The notes under the pieces are model-generated. The model had not been told where the DNA came from and did no database searches. It saw only the letters and a program-made list of their open reading frames with translations. 64,000 nucleotides of DNA from an uncultured Rickettsiales bacterium. GTDB lineage: Bacteria > Myxococcota_A > UBA796 > UBA9615 > CAYRNR01. Position numbers and translations under genes: made by a program. Positions 26,922 to 36,408 of the stretch are shown here, piece after piece. The DNA is taken from NCBI GenBank assembly GCA_964504165.1, contig CAZDDH010000012.1, forward strand, positions 3,213 to 67,212, read 5' to 3'. The first letter of the stretch is position 1. Every line of letters starts with the position of its first letter.

Positions 26922-27779
26922 CTAGCCGATCTCCATCATCTCCCGCGCCTCGGCCGGTGTGGCGATGGGGCGCCCCACGTCCCGGGCCATGGCGACGGCT
27001 TTGTCCACCAGCGGGCCGTTGCCTTCGGCCATGGTGCCGTCGGGCAGGTAGAAGTTGTCCTCCAGCCCGACGCGGATGTGGCCGCCCAGGGCCAGGGCGC
27101 CGGCGATGAGGCGCCACTGGGGGCGGCCGATGCCGACGATCTGCCAGCTGCTGCCGCCGGGGAGTACCTCTGACATGTGCTGCAGCGTCTTGACGGTGGG
27201 GTGGGCGCCGCCCAGCACGCCGAGGATCAGCGAGAAGTCCGCGGGCACCTGCAGCAGCCCCATGTCGATGAGCGGCTCGGCGTTGCGGATGTGGCCGGTG
27301 TCAAAGCACTCCAGCTCCGGGCGCACGCCGTGCTCGTTCATCGCGGTGAGGAAGGTGATGATGTCGGCGAAGGGGTTCTGGAACACGTGGTCGTGGTAGA
27401 AGCGCTTGGCCTTGCGGCTGTAGATGGCGTAGTTCATCGAGCCCATGTTCAGGGCCGCCACCTCGGGCTTGGCGCTGCCGATGTGCTTGGCCCGGTCCTC
27501 CGCCGGCACGCCGATGCCCCCGGTGGAGAAGTTGACGATGACGTCGCTGCGCTCGCGCACCTTTTGGGCGATCTCGATGAAGATCTCCTCGCGCCAGCTG
27601 AACATGCCATCCGGCTCCCGGCCGTGGATGTGCACCATGGCGGCACCGGCCTCGCCGGCCCGGCGGGCTTCCTCGGCGATCTCCTCGGGGCTGTAGGGGA
27701 TGTGGGGGCATTGGTCCCGGGTGGCGAGCACACCGGTGAGCGCCGCGGTGACGATGACGCGGTCGTCGGCCATGGTCAT
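26922..27779 (-). CDS. BKACE-family (DUF849) beta-keto acid cleavage enzyme, 3-keto-5-aminohexanoate cleavage-like
   Basis: IVTAALTGV...PHIPYSPEEIAEEARRAGEAGAAMVHIHGR...NFSTGG...H..RVGLED, typical of BKACE TIM barrels. ATGA overlap with the crotonase stop. Confidence 0.75.
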   Translation of the reverse strand: MTMADDRVIVTAALTGVLATRDQCPHIPYSPEEIAEEARRAGEAGAAMVHIHGREPDGMFSWREEIFIEIAQKVRERSDVIVNFSTGGIGVPAEDRAKHIGSAKPEVAALNMGSMNYAIYSRKAKRFYHDHVFQNPFADIITFLTAMNEHGVRPELECFDTGHIRNAEPLIDMGLLQVPADFSLILGVLGGAHPTVKTLQHMSEVLPGGSSWQIVGIGRPQWRLIAGALALGGHIRVGLEDNFYLPDGTMAEGNGPLVDKAVAMARDVGRPIATPAEAREMMEIG

Positions 27780-28558
27780 TCCTCCTCTTTCATCCAGGCG
27801 GGGGGCCGCCCTTCCATGAACGCGGTGACACCCTCGGCAAATTCCTTGGACTGCAGGCCGCGGGTGAAGAACTTGGCCATGCGGTCAATGCGGTCGTGCA
27901 GCTCCTGGTCCAGCACGTCGCTCACCGCCTCTTTGCCCAGCATCTGGGCCATAGGCCCGCCGGCGGCCAGGGCCTGGCCGATGAGGGCCACCTCGGCGTC
28001 CAGCTCGCCCCGCGGCACGGCCCGGTTGATCAGGCCCAGCTCCACCGCCTCGGGGGCCGGGACCTTGCGGCCGGTGAGGGCCAGGTCGGCGGCCTTCTTG
28101 GGGCCCACGTGCCGCGACAGCAGCGGCAGCACCATGAACGGGAACAGGCCGATGTGCACCTCCGGGGTGCCCAGCTTGACGTCCTCGGCGGCCAGGGCCA
28201 CGTCGCAGGCCAGCAGCACACCAATGCCTCCGCCGAGGGCGTGGCCGTTGACCCGGGCCACCAGCGGCTTGGGGAAGCGCAGCAGGGTGTGCAGCAGGTC
28301 GGTGTAGGGGTTGCCACCCTCGGCGGCGATCTGGGGCCAGCTGGAGATGAGCGATAGATCGGCGCCGGCGCAGAACGCCTTGTCTCCCTGGCCGGTGAGC
28401 ACCACCACCCGCACGGTGCTGTCCTCGGCCAGCTCACCCAGGAATCCCTGGATCCCGTCCAGGGTGTCCAGATCCAGGGTGTTGCGGCGCTTCTCGCGCT
28501 CGATGGTGATGGTCGCGATGCCGTGATCCACGGCGCACGATACAGGCTTGTCAGCCAT
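27776..28558 (-). CDS. liuC: Enoyl-CoA hydratase/isomerase (probable methylglutaconyl-CoA hydratase)
   Basis: Crotonase fold motifs (VVVLTGQGDKAFCAGADL, ARVNGHALGGGIGVLLACD). Start trimmed to the ATG at 28558, which overlaps the BCCP stop by 8 nt. The operon context gives the substrate assignment. Confidence 0.7.
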   Translation of the reverse strand: MADKPVSCAVDHGIATITIEREKRRNTLDLDTLDGIQGFLGELAEDSTVRVVVLTGQGDKAFCAGADLSLISSWPQIAAEGGNPYTDLLHTLLRFPKPLVARVNGHALGGGIGVLLACDVALAAEDVKLGTPEVHIGLFPFMVLPLLSRHVGPKKAADLALTGRKVPAPEAVELGLINRAVPRGELDAEVALIGQALAAGGPMAQMLGKEAVSDVLDQELHDRIDRMAKFFTRGLQSKEFAEGVTAFMEGRPPAWMKEEE

Positions 28559-29078
28559 CGGACTCCTCCTCCTTGGCTTCGATGTCCACCAGCAGGTCAC
28601 CGGCGGCCACCTGGTCCCCTTCGGTGCAATGCACGGCCGACACAGTGCCGTCGGCGTTGGCGGTCAGGGAATTGCGCAGCTTCATCGCCTCGACGACCAC
28701 CACGGTGTCGCCGCACGAGACGGCATCTCCGGCAGCCACGGGCAGCTCGACGATCTTGCCGGGCATGGGGGAGCGCAGCGGGCCCCCCTTGCCGGCGACC
28801 GCTCCGGCCGGTAGCGGCGCGGCAGGGGACAGCAAGAACCGCTCACCGTCCACGGCCACCTCCACGTCGCGACCCACCCGGGCCACCACGACCCGTCGCC
28901 GCCGGTCGCCCCAGTCGAGGGTGTAGCGGGTGGCGCCGTGGTGGGGGAGGGCGGTGGGCACGGCGTCGCCGCCGTCCACGCGGACCTGCCCCTCTCGGTC
29001 CGGTCCGTCTCCCGCGATCTCCACGGTCACCTGGTGCACGTCATTGCCCAGCCGTAGGGTCCGGTCCACGGTGCTCAT
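28551..29078 (-). CDS. Stand-alone biotinyl/lipoyl carrier domain protein (C-terminal part of a normal MCCase alpha subunit)
   Basis: ATG at 29078 (MSTVDRTLRLG...). Biotin attachment motif VVVVEAMKLRN near the C-terminus. ATGA overlap with the stop of the biotin carboxylase ORF. Confidence 0.7.
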   Translation of the reverse strand: MSTVDRTLRLGNDVHQVTVEIAGDGPDREGQVRVDGGDAVPTALPHHGATRYTLDWGDRRRRVVVARVGRDVEVAVDGERFLLSPAAPLPAGAVAGKGGPLRSPMPGKIVELPVAAGDAVSCGDTVVVVEAMKLRNSLTANADGTVSAVHCTEGDQVAAGDLLVDIEAKEEESDG

Positions 29079-30601
29079 GGCTGGCCTCCTTCCGGGAACC
29101 GGCGCGCGCCGATGGTCTCCCAGGGGCCGGGGATGGTTGCAGCCACTGGGCCGCCGGCGGGCGTTGCCGCACCCCCTGCTGGGAGCTCGTCCAGGGCGAT
29201 GGCCGCCGCGATGAGCGCCAGCTCGCTCGCCCCTTCCTCGGGGGCCGCCAGTTCCGCCACAAGCGTGTCCTCGAGGGTGTGGGTGTAGGTCTCGCCAGCG
29301 ATGAAATCCGGATGCTCCAGCAGCCTGCGCAGGAACGCCGTATTGGTGGCCACCCCCAGCACGACCGTCTCCTCCAGCGCCCTGCGCAACCGCAGCCGGC
29401 AGGCCTCCCGGTCCGGGCCCCAGGCGATGATCTTGGCCAGCACCGGGTCGTACTCCATGGGCACCACCGAGCGGGCATCGACGCCGGAGTCCACCCGGAT
29501 CCCCGGCCCCCCCGGGAGCTCCAGGTGGACCAGCGGGCCGGCCGACGGCATGAAGCCGCTGGCCGGATCTTCGGCGTAGAGCCGGGCCTCCATGGCCCAC
29601 CCCCGTGGCCGGGCGGTCCGCACCGCTTCGTCCAGCGGTTCCCCTGCGGCCACCCGCAGCTGCCAGGCCACCAGGTCCACGCCGAAGCGGGCCTCGGTGA
29701 TGGGGTGCTCCACCTGGATGCGGGCGTTGACCTCCAGGAAGTAGAACGTGCCGTCGTCCAGCAGCAGGAACTCCACCGTGCCGGCGCCCACGTAGCTGGC
29801 CGCCGCCGCCGCCTTGCAGGCCGCGTCGCACATGCGGCCCCGCAGCGCCTCGCCCACGGTGTTGCCCGGGGACTCCTCCAGCACCTTCTGGTGGCGCCGC
29901 TGCAGGGAACACTCCCGTTCCCCCAGGGCGATGACCGAACCGTGGCGGTCCGCCAGCACCTGGATCTCCACGTGCCGCGCCTTGGTCACCAGCTGCTCCA
30001 GATACAGGGCCGGATTGCCAAAGGCAGCCAGCGCCTCGGCGGTGGCCTCCTCCAGGGTGGGCCGCAGGTCGTCGGGCCTGTCTACCCGCCGCATGCCCGT
30101 GCCCCCACCACCGCCCGTGGCCTTCACCAGCAGCGGGAAGGGCATGCCGCCGGACGCGGCGACCAGGGCGTCCAGATCGTCCGTGGCGTCGAAGGTGCCT
30201 GGCACGACCGGGACCCCCGCGTCCCTCATGGTGATGCGGGCGGCGACCTTGTCCCCCAGTAGCGCAGACACATCCGCCGGTGGCCCGATGTAGGTGATCC
30301 CTGCGGCTTCGCAGGCTTCCGCCACCGCCGGGTTCTCTGCCAGGAAGCCGTAGCCCGGGTGCAGGGCGTCGGCCCCTGCAGCCACCGCGGCCCCCACCAC
30401 CTTGCCCACGTCCAGGTAGCTGGCCGCCGGCTCCGCTGGCCCCAGCAGCACCGCCTCGTCCGCCGCGTGTACGTGGGCCGCCCCGGTGTCGGCCTCCGAG
30501 TACCCGGCCACCGTGGCCACCCCCAGCTGGCGGCAAGCCCGGGCCACCCGCACGGCAATCTCTCCGCGATTCGCGATGAAGACCTTGTTGAACATGGTCA
30601 C
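29075..30601 (-). CDS. liuD: Biotin carboxylase (MCCase alpha subunit, BC plus BT part, without the BCCP domain)
   Basis: MFNKVFIANRGEIAVRVARACRQLG, ATP-grasp GGGGTGMR, EVNARIQVEHPITE. Confidence 0.85.
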   Translation of the reverse strand: MTMFNKVFIANRGEIAVRVARACRQLGVATVAGYSEADTGAAHVHAADEAVLLGPAEPAASYLDVGKVVGAAVAAGADALHPGYGFLAENPAVAEACEAAGITYIGPPADVSALLGDKVAARITMRDAGVPVVPGTFDATDDLDALVAASGGMPFPLLVKATGGGGGTGMRRVDRPDDLRPTLEEATAEALAAFGNPALYLEQLVTKARHVEIQVLADRHGSVIALGERECSLQRRHQKVLEESPGNTVGEALRGRMCDAACKAAAAASYVGAGTVEFLLLDDGTFYFLEVNARIQVEHPITEARFGVDLVAWQLRVAAGEPLDEAVRTARPRGWAMEARLYAEDPASGFMPSAGPLVHLELPGGPGIRVDSGVDARSVVPMEYDPVLAKIIAWGPDREACRLRLRRALEETVVLGVATNTAFLRRLLEHPDFIAGETYTHTLEDTLVAELAAPEEGASELALIAAAIALDELPAGGAATPAGGPVAATIPGPWETIGARRFPEGGQP

Positions 30602-30605
30602 CCCT

Positions 30606-32207
30606 TCACATCCTGAAGATGCCGTATTCGTGTGGCCGGTCCTCGGGCTCGAAGGCCACCGCCAGGGCCAGCCCCAGCACCTCGCGGGTGCGGGCTGGAT
30701 CGACGATGCCGTCGTCCCACAGCCGGGCGGTGGAGTAGGTGGCGCAGCTTTCCTTGTCGTAGACCGCCATCACCTGCTGCTCCACCATGTTCAGGGCGTC
30801 GTCGTTGACCTCCATGCCCATGCGCTCCAGCTTGGCCTTCTGCACGGATTTGAGCACCCCGGCCGCCTGCTCGCCCCCCATCACCGAGATGCGCGCGTGG
30901 GGCCACATCCACAGGAAGCGTGGGCTGTAGGCCCGGCCGCACATGGCGTAGTTGCCGGCGCCGAAGGAGCCACCGACGATGACCGTGAACTTGGGCACCC
31001 GGGCGTTGGAGACGGCGTTGACCATCTTGTGGCCGTCCTTGGTGATGCCCCTGCGCTCGTACTCCTTGCCGATCATGAAGCCGGGGATGTTCTGGAGGAA
31101 CAGCAGGGGGATGTTGCGCCGGTCGCACAGCTGGATGAACTGCGTGCCCTTGAGCGCGCTCTCGGAAAAAAGCGCCCCGTTGTTGCCCAGGATGCCCACG
31201 GTCTGGCCGTAGATGCGGGCGAAGCCGGTCACCAGCGTCGGCCCGTACAGCGGCTTGAACTCGGAGAACCGGCTGCCGTCCACCATGCGGGCGATGATCT
31301 CCCGCACGTCGTAGGGGATGGTCAGGTCCTGGGGCACGATGCCGTAGATCTCCTTGGGGTCGTACAGCGGCTCCTCGATGGGCTCGCGGTCCGGAGTGGG
31401 GGAGGGGGGCAGGGTCTCCATCAGCCGCCGGGCGATGGCCAGGGCTTCGGTCTCGTCTTCCGCCATGTGGTCGGCGACCCCGGACTGGGAACAGTGCACG
31501 TCGGCGCCGCCGAGCTCGTCGGCGGTGACCACCTCACCGGTGGCGGCCTTCACCAGGGGCGGGCCCCCCAGGAAGATGGAGCCCGTGCCCCGCACGATGA
31601 CCACTTCGTCGCTCATGGCCGGGATGTACGCCGCGCCCGCCGTGCACAACCCCAGCACCACCGCCAGCTGGGGGATGCCCATGCGGCTCATCACCGCCTG
31701 GTTGTAGAAGATGCGCCCGCCGTGCTCCTTGTCCGGGAAGATCTCGGACTGGAGCGGCAGGAACGCCCCCCCCGAGTCCACCAGCGAGATGCAGGGGATG
31801 CGGTTCGCGATGGCGATCTCCTGGGCCCGCAGCGCCTTCTTGACCCCCATGGGGAACATGGTCCCCCCCTTGATGGTGGAGTCGTTGGCGTTGATCATCA
31901 CGGTGCGGCCGGCCACCCGCCCGATGCCGATGACGGTGCAGGCCCCGGGGGCCTGGCCCTCGTACATGCCGTGGGCCGCCATCGGGCACAACTCGAGGAA
32001 CGGCGAGCCCGGGTCCAGCAGCAGCTCCAGCCGTTTGGCCACGGTGAACTTGCCCTGTTTTTCGATGTAGGCCAGGGACTTGGGGTCCCGCTTGTTGCGG
32101 ACCTGGTCCAGCTGCTCTTCGAGCTCCTGGACCTTGGCCAGCATCTGCTCGCGGTTGGCCTGGAATTCGGCACTGGAGGTGTCGATCTTGGATTGGATGG
32201 GTTCCAT
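30606..32207 (-). CDS. liuB: Methylcrotonyl-CoA carboxylase beta subunit (carboxyltransferase)
   Basis: 533 aa from the ATG at 32207. [27 protein letters not shown] and [16 protein letters not shown] are typical of acyl-CoA carboxyltransferases. Trimmed from the 958-aa track ORF. Confidence 0.85.
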   Translation of the reverse strand: MEPIQSKIDTSSAEFQANREQMLAKVQELEEQLDQVRNKRDPKSLAYIEKQGKFTVAKRLELLLDPGSPFLELCPMAAHGMYEGQAPGACTVIGIGRVAGRTVMINANDSTIKGGTMFPMGVKKALRAQEIAIANRIPCISLVDSGGAFLPLQSEIFPDKEHGGRIFYNQAVMSRMGIPQLAVVLGLCTAGAAYIPAMSDEVVIVRGTGSIFLGGPPLVKAATGEVVTADELGGADVHCSQSGVADHMAEDETEALAIARRLMETLPPSPTPDREPIEEPLYDPKEIYGIVPQDLTIPYDVREIIARMVDGSRFSEFKPLYGPTLVTGFARIYGQTVGILGNNGALFSESALKGTQFIQLCDRRNIPLLFLQNIPGFMIGKEYERRGITKDGHKMVNAVSNARVPKFTVIVGGSFGAGNYAMCGRAYSPRFLWMWPHARISVMGGEQAAGVLKSVQKAKLERMGMEVNDDALNMVEQQVMAVYDKESCATYSTARLWDDGIVDPARTREVLGLALAVAFEPEDRPHEYGIFRM

Positions 32208-32236
32208 CGGATCCCTCGGCTCGGGTTGGGGGTGGT

Positions 32237-33394
32237 TCAGCGGGCCAGCAGCTCGCGGGCGATGACGAGCTTGCGGACCTCGGTGGTGCCGGCGCCGATG
32301 GTGAACAGCCGCACGTCGCGGTACAGCCGGCTGATCTCGTACTCGTCCATGTAGCCGTAGCCGCCGTGGATCTGCAGCGACTCGTACACCACGAACTCCG
32401 CCGTCTCGGCGGCGAACAGCAGCGCAGACGCGGCGATCTTGTGGATGTCGGTGCCCTTGCCGCCCCGCTCCATGTCCTGGGCGATCTCCACCGCACGGTA
32501 GGCCAGCCCGCGGGAGGCCTCGATGCGGGTGTACATGTCCGCGAGCTTGGCCTGGATCAGCTGGAACTTGGACAGGGGGCGGCCGAACTGCTCGCGCTCC
32601 TTGGCGTACTTCAGCGCCAGCTCGAAGGCCCGCTCGCTCATGGCGATGGCGGCGCCGGCGAAGAACGCCCGCTCCACGTCCAGCCCGGCCATCATCACGG
32701 CGATGCCCATGTTGGGCGCGCCGATGACGTTCTCGACGGGGACCCGGCAGTCTTCCAGCACGATCTCGCCGGTGGGGGAGCCGTGGTGGCCCATCTTCTT
32801 GAGCTTCTTGGGCACGGTGAAGCCGGGGGTGTCGCACTCGATGATGAAGGCGGTGATGCCCATCGCCCCGGCCTCGGGGTTGGTCTTGGCGTACAGCACG
32901 CAGACGTCGGCGATGGGGGCATTGGTGATGAAGGTCTTGGCCCCGTTGAGCACATAGTGGTCGCCGTCGAGCACGGCCGTGGTCCGCAGGGAGGTCGCGT
33001 CGGAACCCGCCTCGGGCTCGGTGAGAGCCATGGCCCCCATCCACTCGCCGGAAGCCAGCTTGGGCAGGTACTTGAGCCGCTGCTGCTCGCTGCCGGTGCG
33101 CAGCAGGTTGTGGGCGCACAAGTTGAGGTGGGCGCCGTAGGACAGGGCCAGCCCCGAGCACCCCTGCAGGTTCTGGATCGCCAGCACCGCCGTCATCAGG
33201 TCGCCGCCCACGCCGCCGTACTTCTCGGGGATGGCGATGCCCATCAGTCCCAGCTCGCCCATTTTTTTCCAGATACCGTCCGGGAGTTTGTCCTCGGCGT
33301 CGATCTGTTCGGAGAAGGGCAGCACCTCCTTGGCCGAGAATTTCCGTACGGTTTCGATGATCATCCGCTGTTCTTCGGTGAATTCGTGGGTCAT
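32237..33394 (-). CDS. liuA: Isovaleryl-CoA dehydrogenase (acyl-CoA dehydrogenase family)
   Basis: ATG at 33394 with AGGAGAG upstream. [44 protein letters not shown]. Substrate inferred from the operon context. Confidence 0.8.
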   Translation of the reverse strand: MTHEFTEEQRMIIETVRKFSAKEVLPFSEQIDAEDKLPDGIWKKMGELGLMGIAIPEKYGGVGGDLMTAVLAIQNLQGCSGLALSYGAHLNLCAHNLLRTGSEQQRLKYLPKLASGEWMGAMALTEPEAGSDATSLRTTAVLDGDHYVLNGAKTFITNAPIADVCVLYAKTNPEAGAMGITAFIIECDTPGFTVPKKLKKMGHHGSPTGEIVLEDCRVPVENVIGAPNMGIAVMMAGLDVERAFFAGAAIAMSERAFELALKYAKEREQFGRPLSKFQLIQAKLADMYTRIEASRGLAYRAVEIAQDMERGGKGTDIHKIAASALLFAAETAEFVVYESLQIHGGYGYMDEYEISRLYRDVRLFTIGAGTTEVRKLVIARELLAR

Positions 33395-33688
33395 GTCGCT
33401 GCTCTCCTGGAGTGCGGGCTTGGTGAAAGGTAGGACCAGTGAACCACGCCCGCATCTCGAAGACAAATCCAAAATCTACCATGCGGTAGGTAAAACGACG
33501 CCCGAAAACCGTTTGGGTGCCGTAGAACTGTGCAGAATGCAGGTTTGGGGCGGATCGGTGGTTCGGGGAGATTCATCCTAGGTGAGCCCAATTCAGTGGA
33601 CTATGGTGCTTAACCGGCCCTGGACTTCGGGTTCCATAGCGGAGAAACTGGCCGCTCGGCCAGCACCAGGTTAGGAAACGGAGAGCGC

Positions 33689-34651
33689 ATGAGAGTCAAG
33701 ATCGTCGGTACGGGAAGGTACCTGCCTCCGCGCGTGGAGACGTCGGCCGAGTTGGCCCCACGCATCGGCAAGACGGAGGACTGGATCGTCTCCCGGACGG
33801 GCGTTCAGCGGCGGCATGTCTCGGACATTCCCATGGCTCAGATGGGGGCGCGCGCCGCCGAGGATGCGCTTGGGGACGGCCCCAAGCCGGATCTGGTCAT
33901 CAACGCGTCGGGCGTGCCCAACCAGGTCATCCCCGACAGCTCGGTCTTCATCCAGGAGGAGCTTGGGTACACGGGGATCCCCTCGTTCAGCGTACACGCC
34001 ACATGCATGTCCTTCGCGGTGGGGCTACACACAGCGGCAAACCTGGTGCACAGCGGCGCGTACGGTCGCGTACTGATCGTTTCGGCGGACCAGGGCACCA
34101 TTGGCCGGAACTTCGAGGAGCCGGAGAGCGCCTCGCTGTTTGGCGACGGCGCCGCAGCGGCGGTGTTGGAGCCCACCCCCGAGGGGGAGGCCAGCGAGCT
34201 GCTGGCGTTCCAGATGACCACCTTCCCGGCCAAGGCCTGCCTGACGGAGGTACGCGGAGGCGGCGTGCGTTGCCATCCCAACGATCCCGCCACGACCACC
34301 GCGGACAACCTGTTCCACATGGATGGCCCGGGCGTGTTCAAGAATGCGATACGCCGGGGAGCGGTGGTCATCCGGCGGGCCATCCGGGCCGCAGGGCTGG
34401 AGTACACGGATGTGGACCTGGTCGTCCCGCATCAGTCGTCCGGGCCGGGCGTCACAGCCATCGCACGGTTTGGCTTCCCCCTGGAGACTATTGTCAGCAC
34501 GGTCGAAGAGGAGGGGAATTGCGTCGCGGCGTCCCTCCCCCTGGCCCTATCGATGGCGAACCAGCAGGGGCGGATCCAGCGCGGGGACCGGGTGATGCTG
34601 TGCGGTTCGGGGGCGGGCCTGTCCGTGATTGCGATGATCTTGCGGTGGTGA
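33689..34651 (+). CDS. 3-oxoacyl-ACP synthase III family (KAS III / FabH-like)
   Basis: MRVKIVGTGRYLPPRVETSAEL. Cys-His-Asn triad contexts HATCMSF, VPHQSS, EEGNCVAASLP. Confidence 0.8.
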   Translation: MRVKIVGTGRYLPPRVETSAELAPRIGKTEDWIVSRTGVQRRHVSDIPMAQMGARAAEDALGDGPKPDLVINASGVPNQVIPDSSVFIQEELGYTGIPSFSVHATCMSFAVGLHTAANLVHSGAYGRVLIVSADQGTIGRNFEEPESASLFGDGAAAAVLEPTPEGEASELLAFQMTTFPAKACLTEVRGGGVRCHPNDPATTTADNLFHMDGPGVFKNAIRRGAVVIRRAIRAAGLEYTDVDLVVPHQSSGPGVTAIARFGFPLETIVSTVEEEGNCVAASLPLALSMANQQGRIQRGDRVMLCGSGAGLSVIAMILRW

Positions 34652-34670
34652 TCCCCGGGGTGAACCCGGA

Positions 34671-35123
34671 TCAGACAGACATCTCACCCGCCACATCGCC
34701 GACCCCGGCCACCCTCTGGAGTTCCTGGCTTTGCTGTTCCAGGAGCGTGAAGAGGGTGTCGCGGACCTGGATCTCGGTAAACGGCGACACCATGAAGGCA
34801 TGGGCTCCCCGGCGGACGGAACCCAGCACCATCAGACGGGTCGGATGGCCCGATACGCAAGTCACCTTGACCGGGTGCTCCAGTAGCTGGATCTGGCGCA
34901 ACAGTCGCCAGGCGTTTTTCGGGCCGTCGAGCCCGAGCACCAGCAGCCGGATCGGCTGGAATCGGATCAAGGCCAGCGTCTCCTCGAAGCTGTGCGCCTG
35001 CAGAACCCTCAGGCCCGTGATCTTGAGCGCCTCGGTGACCTCCGCCGCCCGCATACCCGCGAACGTGCCGGCGACGGCCACGAAGTGCTCACCGTTGTCG
35101 TTTGGGAGGGTAGGCGGTCCCAA
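34671..35123 (-). CDS. Stand-alone degenerate receiver (pseudo-REC) domain protein
   Basis: REC-like topology (HFVAVAG..., LLVLGLDGP, KVTCVSGH, GAHAFMVSPF), but the acidic pair and conserved Lys are missing. Start uncertain (TTG 35123, or ATG 35054; the track gives 35192). Confidence 0.45.
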   Translation of the reverse strand: MGPPTLPNDNGEHFVAVAGTFAGMRAAEVTEALKITGLRVLQAHSFEETLALIRFQPIRLLVLGLDGPKNAWRLLRQIQLLEHPVKVTCVSGHPTRLMVLGSVRRGAHAFMVSPFTEIQVRDTLFTLLEQQSQELQRVAGVGDVAGEMSV

Positions 35124-35124
35124 A

Positions 35125-36315
35125 TCAGGCCTCCTTGACGACTGGCGTCTTCGAGAGCGCCTTGCGCAGGGACCGGGCGCGCTTTCCCGCACGCCGATAG
35201 CGGGCGATCTCCAGCTCGTGAATCCGGCGGGTGATCTCCTCGCTGGATAGCGGCTCGGGTTGGTGTTGCTCGGCGACCTCGATGAACCGATCCTTCAGCT
35301 CCTCGAAGGCCTCGAAGACGCAGGGGTCGAACTGGGTTCCCACCCCCTCGGTGATGATGGCCGTCGCCTTCTCGTGACTGAAGGGCTCTTTGTACGGCCT
35401 ACGAGACGTCAGCGCGTCGTACACGTCGGCTAGCGCCACGATGCGGGCCGACAGGGGGATCTCGTCCTTGACCAGGCCAAAGGGATAGCCGTTGCCATCC
35501 CAGCGTTCATGATGGCAGTAGGCGATGTCGCGGCCCATCTGAAGGAACGACCGGTAGTGCAAGCGTCGTTCGATCTCACGCAGCGTGTCGCCGCCCACGG
35601 AGGAATGGGTCTTCATGGTCTCCCACTCCTCGGCGTTCAGCTTGCCGGGCTTGAGCAAGATACTGTCTGGCACGCCGACCTTACCGATGTCGTGGAGCGG
35701 CGCCGAACGCCAGATGTCGATGACATAGTTGTCGTCGATGTACCCCGCGAAGACGGGATTGGACCGGAGCTTGAACGCAAGCAGGCGGGAATACTCGGCC
35801 ATACGTTCCAGGTGCAAGCCCGTGTCCTGGTCGCGGGATTCCACCATCTTGGCCAAACCGAAGATCGCCACGTCCTGGGTTTCGCGGACCTGGGCGCCCG
35901 AGTTGTGGGAGACCTGGGAAAAGCGGCTCTCCAGGAATCGCGATCGCCTCAGCAGGGCGGTGCGTTCCACCCCCAAGAAGGCGGTCTGGGCCAGGCTCAG
36001 ATCCTGCTGCACCAGGCCCTGTTGGAGAGGTTCGTGGTGCGGGCTGTCCGGGGTTGGTGTGCCACCGGCGAGGATGACCGTGAGTTCTTGATCGGCTGTG
36101 GCGAGAGTGCTCCGGACGCGCTCCAGTTCGTCGGCCGTGAGGCCCCACGCAATGATGCTATCCACCGGTGGCTCGGTCTGGACGATGACCCGGTATAGGC
36201 CTCGGTCTAGACCCACGACGGTCACGTGGAATCCCGCGTCCTCGAGTTCCGCTCTGGCCCCGTCCGCGGCGGTGTTTGCCGACCGGACAAGGGCAACGTG
36301 ATGCAACGCATCCAT
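35125..36315 (-). CDS. HD-GYP domain c-di-GMP phosphodiesterase with a non-canonical receiver-like N-terminal domain
   Basis: HDIGKVGVPDSILLKPGKL, HHERWDGNGYPFGL, ADVYDALTSRRPYK. ATG at 36315 preceded by AAGGAAGGA (the track start 36363 is less likely). Confidence 0.85.
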   Translation of the reverse strand: MDALHHVALVRSANTAADGARAELEDAGFHVTVVGLDRGLYRVIVQTEPPVDSIIAWGLTADELERVRSTLATADQELTVILAGGTPTPDSPHHEPLQQGLVQQDLSLAQTAFLGVERTALLRRSRFLESRFSQVSHNSGAQVRETQDVAIFGLAKMVESRDQDTGLHLERMAEYSRLLAFKLRSNPVFAGYIDDNYVIDIWRSAPLHDIGKVGVPDSILLKPGKLNAEEWETMKTHSSVGGDTLREIERRLHYRSFLQMGRDIAYCHHERWDGNGYPFGLVKDEIPLSARIVALADVYDALTSRRPYKEPFSHEKATAIITEGVGTQFDPCVFEAFEELKDRFIEVAEQHQPEPLSSEEITRRIHELEIARYRRAGKRARSLRKALSKTPVVKEA

Positions 36316-36408
36316 GCGTAGTCCTTCCTTGGACGAGCCGATGCGACTCTCCAATATTGTCATCGGATGGGTTTGTTAGAACTTGAGGACTAGGAACGTG
36401 AAGGCGAA

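Noticed and set aside
28551-30601. Calling the MCCase alpha gene a frameshifted pseudogene
   Set aside because: The junction is a clean ATGA stop/start overlap, both halves keep strong coding bias, and all motifs are intact. It is kept as two CDSs, with the indel possibility flagged in the findings.
33483-33688. Possible riboswitch or small RNA in the ivd / KAS III intergenic region (CTATGG ... CCATAG stem)
   Set aside because: It has only short imperfect stems and I recognise no conserved riboswitch core. It is noted only as a possible leader structure.
34652-34670. Short palindromic sequence at the convergent KAS III / pseudo-REC junction as a bidirectional terminator
   Set aside because: The arms pair for only about 5 bp, apart from a self-complementary CCCCGGGG core. 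It is not convincing.
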